A stretch of DNA of 64,000 nt from Dehalococcoidia bacterium (GCA_965261665.1 OZ253467.1:321926-385925), one strand, 5' to 3'. Positions 50,961 through 60,883 are shown, counted from the first letter of the stretch. Numbers and translations: made by a program. The notes: a model not told the origin generated them from the sequence alone.

Positions 50961-52891
50961 TTTTCTTTCCCCTGTTTGTTGAGAGCTTGCGAAGAAATAC
51001 CTCTAAGGCAGCAGTTCAAGTCGGTATCCGAAGCTAACCTGGGTCCGACATCGGGAGTTTTTCGACTAAACTCTCTAACTCGAAGATGCCGTCGGCATTC
51101 GACGGATAGCGACAGGGATTCTACGTTGAACCCCAACTCTTTCAGCAGCCGCGCCATGGTGCAGAGGGGCAGGCCCACCACATTGGCACGGCACCCTTCC
51201 ACCCGCGACACCGGGTTCAGGCTCCGGTCCTGAACGCCGTAGCCTCCGGCCTTGTCCGACGCCCGTCCCGAGGCCACGTATTGATCGATTTCCGACGCGG
51301 AATAATTTCGCATCAGAACCTCGCTCTCGCACACGTCCAACCGCCACTGGCCCGCAGCGCCGTCGACCACGGCAACGCCCGTAACAACACGATGGACGCG
51401 CCCACGGAGGCTCGTCAGCATCTGCCGAGCCTGGGCAGCGTCGGCGGGCTTCCCCAACACCCGACCTTGCGACACCACCAGGGTATCGGCTCCCACGACG
51501 AGCCGGCCGGGATGCCGCTGGGCCGACGCTTGCGCTTTGGCCAGGGCCAGCCGGCGTACCGTGTCTTCGGGTGATTCTCCTTCTTCGGTCCGCTCTTCTA
51601 CATCCGGCGTCGTGGCCTCAAAGGGTACTCCCAGGCTTGTCATCAGCTGGCGCCGCCGCGGAGAGGAGGAGGCAAGCAACAGTCCTTCCAGAGGACGCCG
51701 GAGGGTGAGGACGGCGATGCATTCCACATGGTGGGTCTGGGGAAACATGTCGACAGGAGTGACGCTCTCCAGAAAGAAGACGTCCTTGCACAAAATCTTC
51801 AGGTCGCGGGCGAGGGTGGACGGGTCACAAGAGACGTAGACAACACGTCGGGGCTTGAGTTCCTTCAGGGCCTTGAGGGCGGAAGGGTGGCAACCCTTGC
51901 GTGATGGGTCAAGGATCACTCCATCGGGCTGCACTTGAAGGTTGGGGAGCGCCTCCTCCGTGCGTCCCTGAAGGAACTCAACGTTGGAGAGGCCAGCGGC
52001 GTTGGCTTTGGCGTCCTCGACGGCGGCGGGGGAGTCCTCGATGGCGATTATCCGCTTGGCGTAGGGTGCGAGGAGCAAGGCGAAGGTGCCCACGCCGGCG
52101 TAGGCGTCCACCAAGGTTTCGTCGCCGGAGAGCTGCAGACCGTCCTTGACCAGGTCCACCAACCGCTCCAGCTGCTTTATGTTGACCTGGAAGAAGGAGG
52201 GGGAGGCGATGCGGAAGGAGCTGCCCCTCAGGGTTTCAACGTAGCGCTTCTGGCCGGTGGTCACGGGAATATCCGACGACTTGAGGGTGGGTTGCACGAG
52301 GTAATCACCGGTGTTGACGCCCCAACGCACGGAAAGCTGGGTGGTCTCGGCGCACCGCCCCTGAAGTTTACTCAGAATGTCGTTGACACCGGGATCCATG
52401 ATCATGCAGTTGTCCACGGACACGTGCCGCCGGGTCTCCCGGTTCACGAAGCCCAGAGAGCCTTCTTCCCCCACAGTGAACCGGGCGTGGTTGCGGTAGC
52501 CGAATTGGTCGGGCGAGGGAATCGTCGGGGCCACGGACGGGTTGGAAAAGCCGCCTACCCGCTTCAGGGCGTCCTTTACAGCGTCGAACTTGTACTGGAG
52601 CTGGGCGTCGTAGCTGACGTGCTGCCACTGGCAGCCGGTGCACGGGCCGAAGTAGGGGCATGGCGGATCGACGCGTTCGGGTGAAGGTTCAATCACCTCC
52701 AACGTACGCGCGGCCACGTAGTGCCTTCGCTCTCGAAAAACCTCTGCCACCACTTCCTCGCCGGGAATGGCGCCGGAGACGAAGACGCGATGGCCCTCCA
52801 CCACGCAGGTGGCTTCGCCAAGGCGGCCCCAAGACTCGGGACGCAGGCGAAGCTTCCGGCCAAGAAGGCCCGTTCTCCCTGTACCGTTCAA
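50957..52891 (-). CDS. Fusion: TRAM / 23S rRNA (uracil-C5)-methyltransferase (RlmD/RumA-like) plus a C-terminal Maf nucleotide pyrophosphatase domain
   Basis: N-terminal part has the CPYFGPCTGCQWQH Fe-S motif, DAYAGVGTF and ILDPSRKG. From about aa 425: LLLASSSPRRRQLMTSLGVPF...DKAGGYGVQD (Maf). TTG start with GGGAGG upstream. Confidence 0.85.
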   Translation of the reverse strand: MNGTGRTGLLGRKLRLRPESWGRLGEATCVVEGHRVFVSGAIPGEEVVAEVFRERRHYVAARTLEVIEPSPERVDPPCPYFGPCTGCQWQHVSYDAQLQYKFDAVKDALKRVGGFSNPSVAPTIPSPDQFGYRNHARFTVGEEGSLGFVNRETRRHVSVDNCMIMDPGVNDILSKLQGRCAETTQLSVRWGVNTGDYLVQPTLKSSDIPVTTGQKRYVETLRGSSFRIASPSFFQVNIKQLERLVDLVKDGLQLSGDETLVDAYAGVGTFALLLAPYAKRIIAIEDSPAAVEDAKANAAGLSNVEFLQGRTEEALPNLQVQPDGVILDPSRKGCHPSALKALKELKPRRVVYVSCDPSTLARDLKILCKDVFFLESVTPVDMFPQTHHVECIAVLTLRRPLEGLLLASSSPRRRQLMTSLGVPFEATTPDVEERTEEGESPEDTVRRLALAKAQASAQRHPGRLVVGADTLVVSQGRVLGKPADAAQARQMLTSLRGRVHRVVTGVAVVDGAAGQWRLDVCESEVLMRNYSASEIDQYVASGRASDKAGGYGVQDRSLNPVSRVEGCRANVVGLPLCTMARLLKELGFNVESLSLSVECRRHLRVREFSRKTPDVGPRLASDTDLNCCLRGISSQALNKQGKEK

Positions 52892-53041
52892 GCTACCTCC
52901 CTAGCCGGCATGCCGGTCGGCCCTAAGGACATTCAACCCGCAGCCGTTGACCCAAAGTCAACGTGCGTATACACTGAAATAACAGAAGGGGAGCACACCC
53001 CGCTGAAGATACACATAATAACCTTACACTGGGAGGAACCA

Positions 53042-53371
53042 ATGGCGAAACCCTTTGCCGTGAACGATGCTGAATTCAACGAAAAGGTAGTAGAGGCGGA
53101 GCTTCCCGTACTGGTGGACTTCTGGGCGGAGTGGTGCGTGCCCTGCAAGATGATATCCCCCATTGTGGACGAGTTGGCGGAAGAGATGGACGGAGTCATG
53201 GACTTCGCCAAAGTGGACGTGGACTCCAGCCCCATAACGGCCGTGACCTACGGCATCCGCAGCATTCCGGCGCTGCTGATCTTCAAGGGCGGCAAGCCCG
53301 TGGAGCAGATTGTGGGCGCGGTGCCCAAGGGCCAGTTGAGGAAGAAGATACAGGCGGCGCTGGCCGCTTAA
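53042..53371 (+). CDS. trxA: Thioredoxin
   Basis: VLVDFWAEWCVPCKMISP, and GIRSIPALLIFKGG. GGGAGG upstream of the ATG. Confidence 0.93.
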   Translation: MAKPFAVNDAEFNEKVVEAELPVLVDFWAEWCVPCKMISPIVDELAEEMDGVMDFAKVDVDSSPITAVTYGIRSIPALLIFKGGKPVEQIVGAVPKGQLRKKIQAALAA

Positions 53372-53464
53372 CTTTTTCGTCCCGGCGTCGGCTTTGGAGC
53401 CAGCGCGAACGACTGAAATTACGCCCCGCCGATTATAGACGGGGCGCTTAGACGAACTCATAAC

Positions 53465-53561
53465 GGGAGTGGATGGGGCCCGGTGGCTCTCGCGGACTTC
53501 AAATCCGCTGTATCCCGTCACAACCGGGATGGGAGGGTTCGACTCCCTCCCACTCCCGCCA
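53465..53561 (+). tRNA. selC: tRNA-Sec (anticodon UCA)
   Basis: 8-bp acceptor (GGGAGTGG/CCACTCCC), 6-bp D stem, GCGGA-CTTCAAA-TCCGC, long variable stem ATCCCG/CGGGAT, GAGGG-TTCGACT-CCCTC, then G-CCA. Closely parallels E. coli selC. Confidence 0.93.
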
Positions 53562-53628
53562 CAGCTTTGTATTCCGCTAGTTGGAGAATGCGCATCTCTA
53601 ACCACGACGGAAGTCCCTTGTATTATGA

Positions 53629-54228
53629 ATGGCTGAGATAGTCCTTCCAGAAAAAACCCCAAATTGCCCCGCCTGCGGAACCACGGTCGGCGGCGGCGAC
53701 CAGTTCTGCAAGAGATGCGGCAATAGGGTGTCTAGCCCTCACTCGGACATCGGTTCCAGCAATAGAAAACCCAGCTCTTGGGAGACAAACAAGAAGACAA
53801 ATCCGTGGCCGATTGTCCTTGTCGTAGTTGGCGTCTTATTCATCATGGGTATTATTGGGACAGCGTTGACTAGTGACTCAGAAGAGAACGATAAGGCAAC
53901 GCCAACTCCCACCGCTACGCCGGATTGGCGCACCTTTATGGATGACCGAGACGTGACTCTCCTTTCATCGGGGATAGTGCGGTTGGGACGACGATATGAC
54001 GTGAGATTGGACGAACACAAGGTGCGTAGGTTCTTTGCCCAGAATATGACCGATGAACTGGCCGAGGAATCGGGATGGGAAAAATTCTGGCTCTGGATCA
54101 TTACGGTAATTGGGGACTACGACGAACAGGACGTGGCAAACGAACTAGAGGATTCCATCTACGATGACGGCGATGACGTTAGGGAGTTTCTGGAATCTTT
54201 CAAGCTGTGCTGCGCTGCTAGTCCCTAG
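53629..54228 (+). CDS. Zinc-ribbon membrane-anchored hypothetical protein
   Basis: CPACG..CKRCG, then a TM helix (WPIVLVVVGVLFIMGIIGTAL). Confidence 0.5.
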   Translation: MAEIVLPEKTPNCPACGTTVGGGDQFCKRCGNRVSSPHSDIGSSNRKPSSWETNKKTNPWPIVLVVVGVLFIMGIIGTALTSDSEENDKATPTPTATPDWRTFMDDRDVTLLSSGIVRLGRRYDVRLDEHKVRRFFAQNMTDELAEESGWEKFWLWIITVIGDYDEQDVANELEDSIYDDGDDVREFLESFKLCCAASP

Positions 54229-54346
54229 GTTGCTCCTGCTCTGATACTTTGAACCTCAATGGTTCAGCCAAGGCCAACATGGCCCAACTGATATACCCAG
54301 GGGAGCATCTGGCAGAGATTTTGGCGGAATTGGGAATTACCCAATG

Positions 54347-55042
54347 TTAGTTAGTGCGACGGAGCTGCGCTTCCAGTTGGCGGACGCGTTCTTCGGCGCG
54401 AAGGCGGGCGGCGCGTTCGGTTTCGAAGGTGGGCACGTATTCCCCTGTCGAAGGATCGTGCCAACTCAGTTGGCCCTTCTCCCAGCGCAGGTTCAAGTTT
54501 AATACGGCACTGTAGCCTTGCAATATGCCATCCGGCAGTTCTTCGATAGGCAGAGGATCGTACACGCCTTTCTCCAGCCGGTCGCCAGCTAGCCGCGAGC
54601 CATGGTACTCACCCGTCTCATCGAATCGCCAATACTCCAGAATGCCCAGGGCAGCGTAGTCGTCTCGTTTGGCGGTAACGTCCACGCGGCCGGTGCGCCG
54701 CGACGCAATCTCCATCACAAGGTCCGGCGGTTTCCCCTGATCTTCGATGACGTAGGCGTTGCGGGCTTTGTAGGCCGCCGGGTCGACGTTGAAAGCCACC
54801 AAAAGGTCTGGGTACCTAACTCCAGCCAGACTCCGGGTGGGCGCCAGGGCAAGGTAGCGGTCGCCTGCCACCAGGGTAGTTTCGGGGCTGCCCAGATGGA
54901 TGGCCAGATAGTGAGCATTGCCAGTGATGGTCAGGTGGTCGAAGCTGGTCATCTTGTCTTCGGGATGTTTCGGCGGGTCAGGGAAGACGAAGAACTCCCC
55001 AGTCTGGCCGGTCTGGGTAACGAAGGGCTTCGCGATGGTCAT
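54347..55042 (-). CDS. Uma2-family (DUF820) endonuclease
   Basis: PDLLVAF.., PPDLVMEIASRRTGRVDVTAKRDDYAALGILEYWRFD. Confidence 0.8.
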   Translation of the reverse strand: MTIAKPFVTQTGQTGEFFVFPDPPKHPEDKMTSFDHLTITGNAHYLAIHLGSPETTLVAGDRYLALAPTRSLAGVRYPDLLVAFNVDPAAYKARNAYVIEDQGKPPDLVMEIASRRTGRVDVTAKRDDYAALGILEYWRFDETGEYHGSRLAGDRLEKGVYDPLPIEELPDGILQGYSAVLNLNLRWEKGQLSWHDPSTGEYVPTFETERAARLRAEERVRQLEAQLRRTN

Positions 55043-55209
55043 GGCGAACCTCCCGGATCTTGGGCGGAGAGTAGGGTCGCTGGGATTATACCAACAACGT
55101 ATCCGGTTAGCGAGGAAGCATGTCTAGTTCAGGCCACAGCCCAAGCCCTAGCTTGCCCCGCTTGCGGCGCTCTGATACTCTGAGTTTCAATCTTTGAGCC
55201 GAGGGACTG

Positions 55210-55950
55210 ATGGCTGAAACTACCCCAATCCGCGCTTCCCTGTTTGTCACCTGCCTGGTGGACCAGCTTTTTCCCGAAGTTGGGGAGGCTGTGGTGGGCG
55301 TGCTGCGACGTCAGGGGGTGCGGGTGGACTTCCCGCCGGACCAGACTTGCTGCGGTCAGCCCCTCTACAACTCCGGCTTCCGTAAGGACGCCACGCAGCT
55401 TGGCCGGCGCGTGCTCGACGGCTTCGAACATTGCCAGTACGTCGTCGTGCCCTCCGGCTCCTGCGCCTCCATGATGAAGGTCTTCTACCCGGACATCTTT
55501 CGAGACGACCCGGTGTACGGGCCGAAAGCCAAGGCCCTCAGCAACAAAGTGTATGAGTTCTCCCAGTTTCTGGTGAATGTGCTGGGCGTTACGGACGTGG
55601 GCGCAACCCACGACGACAAGGTTACCTATCATCCCTCGTGTCACCTGCTCAGGGAGTTGGAAGCCGTCGAAGAACCGGTGTCTCTGCTGAAGGGCGTGAA
55701 GGGGCTGGAGTACGTCCCGCTGGAGGACGCCGACACCTGCTGCGGCTTCGGCGGGACTTTCTCCGTCAAGTACCCGGACATCTCCGAAGCCATGTTGAAC
55801 GACAAGGTTGCGAACGTGGTCAAGAGCGGGGCGTCGACAGTGGCGGCCTGCGACGCTAGCTGCCTGATGCAGATTCGGGGCGGGCTGAACCGCCGCGGCA
55901 CGGGCGTGGAGGCCCGCCACCTGGCCCAGATTCTCTGGAAGGGATCATAA
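55210..55950 (+). CDS. lutA: L-lactate utilization protein LutA ((Fe-S) CCG-domain oxidoreductase)
   Basis: LFVTCLVDQLFPEVG, QTCCGQP and DTCCGFGGTF motifs. Confidence 0.88.
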   Translation: MAETTPIRASLFVTCLVDQLFPEVGEAVVGVLRRQGVRVDFPPDQTCCGQPLYNSGFRKDATQLGRRVLDGFEHCQYVVVPSGSCASMMKVFYPDIFRDDPVYGPKAKALSNKVYEFSQFLVNVLGVTDVGATHDDKVTYHPSCHLLRELEAVEEPVSLLKGVKGLEYVPLEDADTCCGFGGTFSVKYPDISEAMLNDKVANVVKSGASTVAACDASCLMQIRGGLNRRGTGVEARHLAQILWKGS

Positions 55951-56022
55951 ATGTCTGATTTCGCCACACTTTTCAAGAACCCCCGGCTATCCACAAACGG
56001 GCTTCTGCGAGAGGACTGCTAG

Positions 56023-57468
56023 ATGTCGGAAGTAAAGACTCAAGAATTTCGCCAGGCCTCCGCTCGCGTCCTGGCCAACGCCAAGCTCCAGTCCTTCATG
56101 AGCCGCTCCATGGGCACTTTCGACGGGGCAAGGGCCGAGGCCATTGAGGAGATTTCGCCCCAGAGGTGGGAGGAGCTTCGGGAACAGGGGCGGGAGATCA
56201 AGCGCCACACCCTCGACAACCTGGACTACTACCTGGAACTCCTTCGCGAACGGGTCATTGAAAACGGCGGTCACGTGCACTTCGCCAAGGACGCCGACGA
56301 GGCCCGCGCCATAGTAGGTCGCATCGCCCAGACACGGGGTCTGAAGCTGGCCATCAAGAGCAAGTCGATGGTGTCGGAGGAGATGGGCCTGAATCCCTTC
56401 CTGGAGGACATGGGCGTGGAGCCGGTGGAGACGGACCTGGGCGAATACATCATCCAGTTGGCCAATGAAACGCCCTTCCACATCATCGCCCCCGCCATGC
56501 ACAAGTCCAAGGAAGAAGTTTCCGAGCTTTTCGGAAAGAAGATAGGCCGTCCGAACCTTAAAGACATCGAGTCCATGGCCGGCGCGGCGCGGGAGGTTTT
56601 GCGGGAGAAGCTGGTGAGCGCCGACATGGGCATCACGGGAGCCAACTTCCTGGTGGCGGAGACGGGCACGGTGACCCTTATTACAAACGAGGGCAACGGA
56701 CGATTCTGCACCTCCGTGCCGCGGGTTCTGGTGTCCATAACTGGCATGGAGAAGATAGTGCCATCCATGGAAGACTTGCCCGTCTTCATTCGGCTGCTGC
56801 CCCGGGCGGCCACTGGCCAGCGCATAAGCAGCTACGTGACGCACGTTTACGGGCCGAAGCGGTCCGACGACGAAGATGGGCCGGAGGAGTTTCACCTAGT
56901 TATCGTTGACAACGGGCGCTCTCGCCTGCTGGCGGACCTGGACCTGAGAGAGGCCCTATACTGCATCCGATGCGGCGCCTGCCTCAACGCATGCCCCGTG
57001 TACCGGAAGGTGGGCGGACACTCCTACGGCTGGGTGTACCCCGGGCCTATCGGCGCGGTGGTGTCTCCGGTTCTGGTGGGACTGGAACGAAGCAAAGACC
57101 TTCCCAACGCCTCCAGTCTCTGCGGGGCCTGCCGGGACGTTTGTCCCATCAAGATAAACATTCCGCGCATGCTGTTGAAGCTGCGGTCCCAGATTTCGGA
57201 GGGATCCGAGTCTGCCCCTGCCAAGGCTTCCCTCCCCGACCGGCTGCTGGCAAGCGGCTACCGCCGGCTCATGAGCAGCCCCCGCCTACTGGGGCTGACT
57301 CGGACGCTGGGCCTCTTGGCGCAATGGCCCTTGGCCAGGGGGGGCTTCATCCGCCGGATGCCGCTTCCGCCCTTCTCTCGCTGGACCCGCTCTCGGGACC
57401 TGCCCGCTCTGCCACACAAGAGCTTCCGCCAGATATGGTCGGAACGGCTGGAAGGGGAGGACCGTTGA
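56023..57468 (+). CDS. lutB: L-lactate utilization protein LutB (4Fe-4S / LUD domain)
   Basis: CIRCGACLNACPVY and CGACRDVCPIKI, plus a LUD domain (ITGANFLVAETGTV). Confidence 0.88.
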   Translation: MSEVKTQEFRQASARVLANAKLQSFMSRSMGTFDGARAEAIEEISPQRWEELREQGREIKRHTLDNLDYYLELLRERVIENGGHVHFAKDADEARAIVGRIAQTRGLKLAIKSKSMVSEEMGLNPFLEDMGVEPVETDLGEYIIQLANETPFHIIAPAMHKSKEEVSELFGKKIGRPNLKDIESMAGAAREVLREKLVSADMGITGANFLVAETGTVTLITNEGNGRFCTSVPRVLVSITGMEKIVPSMEDLPVFIRLLPRAATGQRISSYVTHVYGPKRSDDEDGPEEFHLVIVDNGRSRLLADLDLREALYCIRCGACLNACPVYRKVGGHSYGWVYPGPIGAVVSPVLVGLERSKDLPNASSLCGACRDVCPIKINIPRMLLKLRSQISEGSESAPAKASLPDRLLASGYRRLMSSPRLLGLTRTLGLLAQWPLARGGFIRRMPLPPFSRWTRSRDLPALPHKSFRQIWSERLEGEDR

Positions 57469-58208
57469 AGGAGGTCCTGGGGACGCCGCCGGAACAGTTC
57501 ATAGCGTCGGTTAGAGAAGCACTGGGGCGAAAGGCCGGCCCGCCGGAACATCCCTACGCCCGGTTGCAGGAGAAACGGGCCTCGCTGGAAGAGCGGGAAC
57601 GGGCGACGCTGGAGAGGCTATCTATCAATCGCCAGGCCAACATCGACGAGTTGGCGCGGGTGGCTGAGCTGCGAGGCTGGATCGTCCATCGGGCAGCGGG
57701 GGTGGAGGACGCCGTTGGTTATGTCTATCAGCTGGCCGAGAAGATCGAGGCCCGACAAGTGGTGCGCTCCGTGCAGGGGGTCTTTGACGACGTGCCCCTG
57801 GACGACGCGCTTTCGTCCCTGGGCGCATCGGTGCAGGTGATGGCCCGCGGTCACGAAAGCGATGGAATCTTCAATCCCGCCGACGCCGACCTGGGCGTGA
57901 CCGGGGTTGACTACGCCATCGCTGAAACGGGCACCGTCGTTATTCTGCCCCGCCGGGGAGTGAGCAGACTGACGTCCCTCCTCCCGCCGGTGCACGTAGC
58001 CCTGGTGAAGCCCTCGCAGACGCTTGAGAGCCTGGACGACCTGTATTTTCTGCGTAGGCTGGCTTACTTGCGCGACGGCGCCGACGCGGGCAGCTACATG
58101 AACTTCATCACCGGCCCCAGCCGGACAGCGGACATCGAGCAGACCCTGGTCATCGGCGCCCACGGCCCCAGGGAAACGCACATGGTTATCCTGGACTGGG
58201 AGTTGTAG
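57465..58208 (+). CDS. lutC: L-lactate utilization protein LutC (LUD domain)
   Basis: GVTGVDYAIAETGTVVI. The start is either TTG 57465 (GGAGG upstream) or ATG 57435, both overlapping the lutB end. Confidence 0.8.
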   Translation: MKEVLGTPPEQFIASVREALGRKAGPPEHPYARLQEKRASLEERERATLERLSINRQANIDELARVAELRGWIVHRAAGVEDAVGYVYQLAEKIEARQVVRSVQGVFDDVPLDDALSSLGASVQVMARGHESDGIFNPADADLGVTGVDYAIAETGTVVILPRRGVSRLTSLLPPVHVALVKPSQTLESLDDLYFLRRLAYLRDGADAGSYMNFITGPSRTADIEQTLVIGAHGPRETHMVILDWEL

Positions 58209-58263
58209 TGAAGGCGGAGGCCCCGTTGAGATACCCAGAGAAATTAAACAACCGGAGCGACCT

Positions 58264-58605
58264 ATGCCCATGAGAGTCGGATTCGTCCAGTACCGGATGA
58301 AGCTCCTGCAAGAGGAGTTGGACAAGATAATCGCGATGCTGCCGCAGTTGGGAGTCAGGAGGGCAATTCTGCTGAACCCCCTCTACCCGGGCACCGTGGA
58401 GCCGGACTCCTCTTTGAAGCTGGTGATGGTTATGGATGACGACCGGCCCTTCGTTCGACGGCCCGACTTCTTCTACAGCCACCTGTCGCCCTCGGTGGCG
58501 GTAGATTTTTTCCCCTACACGCCGGAGGAATTTGACGAGTTGGGCGCTTCCGACTCCAGCCTGGGGCGCACCATTCAGATGGGGGAGGTAGTCTATGATG
58601 CCTAA
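58264..58605 (+). CDS. Minimal nucleotidyltransferase (MNT) antitoxin-type protein
   Basis: 113 aa with ..LKLVMVMDDD.. and DFFPYTPEEF. Overlaps the downstream HEPN gene by 11 nt. Confidence 0.75.
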   Translation: MPMRVGFVQYRMKLLQEELDKIIAMLPQLGVRRAILLNPLYPGTVEPDSSLKLVMVMDDDRPFVRRPDFFYSHLSPSVAVDFFPYTPEEFDELGASDSSLGRTIQMGEVVYDA

Positions 58606-59005
58606 CCGGAGATCGGAGGGCGCCCGATGGCTGGCGCAGGCGGAGAGAGACCTGGACGACGCACGTCTGGCGCAGGAGCATTCACGGTTCAACCTGGCCT
58701 GCTTCATGGCCCAGCAATGCGGGGAAAAAGCGATGAAAGGGTTTCTCTACTCCCGGGGAGCGGAGGACGTTTGGGGCCACTCACTGGCGGACCTATGCGA
58801 GGACGCGAAGATCTTCGAGATGCTGTTCGACGTGCTTAAGGTCCGGGCTATCTACCTGGACAAGTACTACAACCTGACGAGGTACCCGAACTATCTGCCC
58901 GGCGGAATTCCCGCCGACGTATTCGACGATCTAGAGGCGGAGCGGGCCTTGGAGCTTGCAGTTGAGGTGCTGACCTTCGTCCGAGAGCGGCTGGCGGAGG
59001 AGTAG
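58595..59005 (+). CDS. HEPN-domain toxin-type protein (copy A)
   Basis: WLAQAERDLDDARL..ACFMAQQCGEKAMKGFL..TRYPN (Rx4-6H-type region). Confidence 0.85.
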   Translation: MMPNRRSEGARWLAQAERDLDDARLAQEHSRFNLACFMAQQCGEKAMKGFLYSRGAEDVWGHSLADLCEDAKIFEMLFDVLKVRAIYLDKYYNLTRYPNYLPGGIPADVFDDLEAERALELAVEVLTFVRERLAEE

Positions 59006-59073
59006 GCGCGGGGCTTGCGAGCGCGATTCCGTGAATACGGACAACGCAATGTCCGCGAGAAGGGAAAAGTAAC

Positions 59074-59421
59074 GTGGGCGTAAGCCGGACTAAGGCGTGG
59101 GAGTATGCCGAGGGGATTCTGGACGTACCCCGCCGGCGGGTGCCGGTGACGCTACGGAGGGGAAAGACGGGGATAGTCCTGCTGCACCGGGGGCGGGTTC
59201 TCACCCGATGCTACGACTCCCAGGTGGGACGGGTGGCGGCACTTTACGTGGCCCAAGCCCTCGGGGTGGAACTGCCTGAGATGGGAGAGTCGGTGGATGC
59301 GTCAGTTAGCACCGGAGTGCTCTTTCGGGCCATATCCATATCGTCACTGGACCTGAGGAAACCCGCGACGCATCCGATTCTGGCGCGAATGCTGGAGGAG
59401 GCGGAGTTCCAGCGGGGGTAA
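59074..59421 (+). CDS. Hypothetical 115-aa protein (copy A)
   Basis: GTG-start ORF conserved in the segmental duplication (copy B at 60536..60883). Confidence 0.5.
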   Translation: MGVSRTKAWEYAEGILDVPRRRVPVTLRRGKTGIVLLHRGRVLTRCYDSQVGRVAALYVAQALGVELPEMGESVDASVSTGVLFRAISISSLDLRKPATHPILARMLEEAEFQRG

Positions 59422-59578
59422 CTGCGTTACGGCAAGTTTAGCCATGCTTGATGCAGGGCAAGCGTAGGGCGATTGGGGGTGTGAATGTAGGGAGTCTGCC
59501 GAAGATGGCGGGACGGGCCTTGAATAGTATGTGCTAAAATGGTGCATACTCATTAGGTCAAAAGTTTGGAGGGCAATA

Positions 59579-59764
59579 ATGGCCACGGTTGAGGAAATTT
59601 CCAACCGAGTTAGCAGACTTGAAGGGGCCTATGATCATCTGGCTACCAAGGCGGATTTGGCGAACCTAAAGGCAGATTTAATCAAGTGGATGGTTGGAAC
59701 GTTAGTCGTTGGCATGGCTGCCGCCGTTGCAGCTACCGCAGCCGTTGTGAGGGCTTTGGGGTAG
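59579..59764 (+). CDS. DUF1640-like coiled-coil, tail-anchored small protein (copy A)
   Basis: ATKADLANLKADLIKWMVGTLVVGMAAAVAATAAVV. GGAGGG upstream of the ATG. Confidence 0.5.
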   Translation: MATVEEISNRVSRLEGAYDHLATKADLANLKADLIKWMVGTLVVGMAAAVAATAAVVRALG

Positions 59765-59873
59765 GGGACGCTAAATTAGGCCGCCGCTGTCCTCCTAAAT
59801 CGGACAGCCTCCGATACACGATAATGATTCCACGCTGTATATTCAAACCCTCCAGAGGAACATGTAGACACCG

Positions 59874-60467
59874 ATGAAACCTTACCCCGACAAAGCTCCC
59901 AGTGACGGCCACCGATGGGTCGTTTGCAGCCAGTGCAAAGGCCAAGGAGAAATCCTTGGCAGAACCATCGTGCGTGACACCTACGGCGGCCAGACCATAA
60001 GATGCCCCAAGTGCTTCCGCCTGGGCTACGTTGAACAACCCATCCCTGAAAACCCGGCTGCGAGGCAACCCACAGCCAAGGGCGCCCGATGGCTGGCGCA
60101 GGCGGATCGAGACTTGGACGACGCACGTCTGGCGCAGGAGCACGAGCGGTTTAACCTGGCCTGCTTCATGGCCCAGCAGTGCGGCGAAAAGTCGATGAAA
60201 GGGTTTCTCTACTCCCGGGGAGCGGAGGACGTTTGGGGCCACTCGCTGGCGGACCTTTGCGAGGATGCGAAGATCTTCGAGATGCTGTTCGACGTGCTGA
60301 AGGTCCGGGCCATCTACCTGGACAAGTATTACAACCTGACGAGGTACCCGAACTATCTGCCCGGCGGAATCCCCGCCGACGTATTCGACGATCTGGAGAC
60401 GGAGCGGGCCTTGGAGCTTGCGAACGAGGTGCTGACCTTCGTCCGTGACAGGCTGGCGGAGGAGTAG
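59874..60467 (+). CDS. DnaJ-type zinc-ribbon-HEPN fusion protein (HEPN copy B)
   Basis: The N-terminal 65 aa carry CSQCKGQG ... CPKCFRLG. The remainder is nearly identical to 58595..59005. Confidence 0.8.
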   Translation: MKPYPDKAPSDGHRWVVCSQCKGQGEILGRTIVRDTYGGQTIRCPKCFRLGYVEQPIPENPAARQPTAKGARWLAQADRDLDDARLAQEHERFNLACFMAQQCGEKSMKGFLYSRGAEDVWGHSLADLCEDAKIFEMLFDVLKVRAIYLDKYYNLTRYPNYLPGGIPADVFDDLETERALELANEVLTFVRDRLAEE

Positions 60468-60535
60468 TCCCGGGGCTTGTGAGCGCGATTCCGTGATTAC
60501 GGACGACGCAATGTTCGCAAGATGGGGGAAATAAC

Positions 60536-60883
60536 GTGGGAGTGAGCCGGACCAAGGCCTGGGAGTACGCCGAGGGGATCCTGGACGTACCGCGCCGTCG
60601 GGTGCCGGTGACCCTGCGACACGGCAAGACAGGGGTTGTCATGCTGCACCGAGGGCGGGTTCTCACACGCTGCTACAACTCACAGGTGGGAAGGGTGGCG
60701 GCCCTTTACGTGGCCCAAGCCCTCGGGGTGGAACTGCCTGAGATGGGAGAGTCGGTGGATGCGTCAGTTAGCACCGGAGTGCTCTTTCGGGCCATATCCA
60801 TATCGTCACTGGACCTGAGGAAACCCGCGACGCATCCGATTCTGGCGCGAATGCTGGAAGAGGCGGAGTTCCAGCGGGGGTAA
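60536..60883 (+). CDS. Hypothetical 115-aa protein (copy B)
   Basis: Near-identical to 59074..59421. Confidence 0.5.
   Translation: MGVSRTKAWEYAEGILDVPRRRVPVTLRHGKTGVVMLHRGRVLTRCYNSQVGRVAALYVAQALGVELPEMGESVDASVSTGVLFRAISISSLDLRKPATHPILARMLEEAEFQRG

Noticed and set aside
53024-53662. 212-aa minus-strand ORF.
   Set aside because: It runs antisense through trxA and straight across the tRNA-Sec gene.
54279-54350. A 24-codon ORF, MAQLIYPGEHLAEILAELGITQC*, that resembles the N-terminus of a HigA-type HTH antitoxin and abuts the 3' end of the Uma2 endonuclease gene.
   Set aside because: It is too short to support as a gene. It may be a remnant truncated by neighbouring DNA, so it is noted only.
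55129-56895. 263-aa and 302-aa minus-strand ORFs.
   Set aside because: They are antisense to lutA and lutB, which carry unambiguous CCG and 4Fe-4S motifs.
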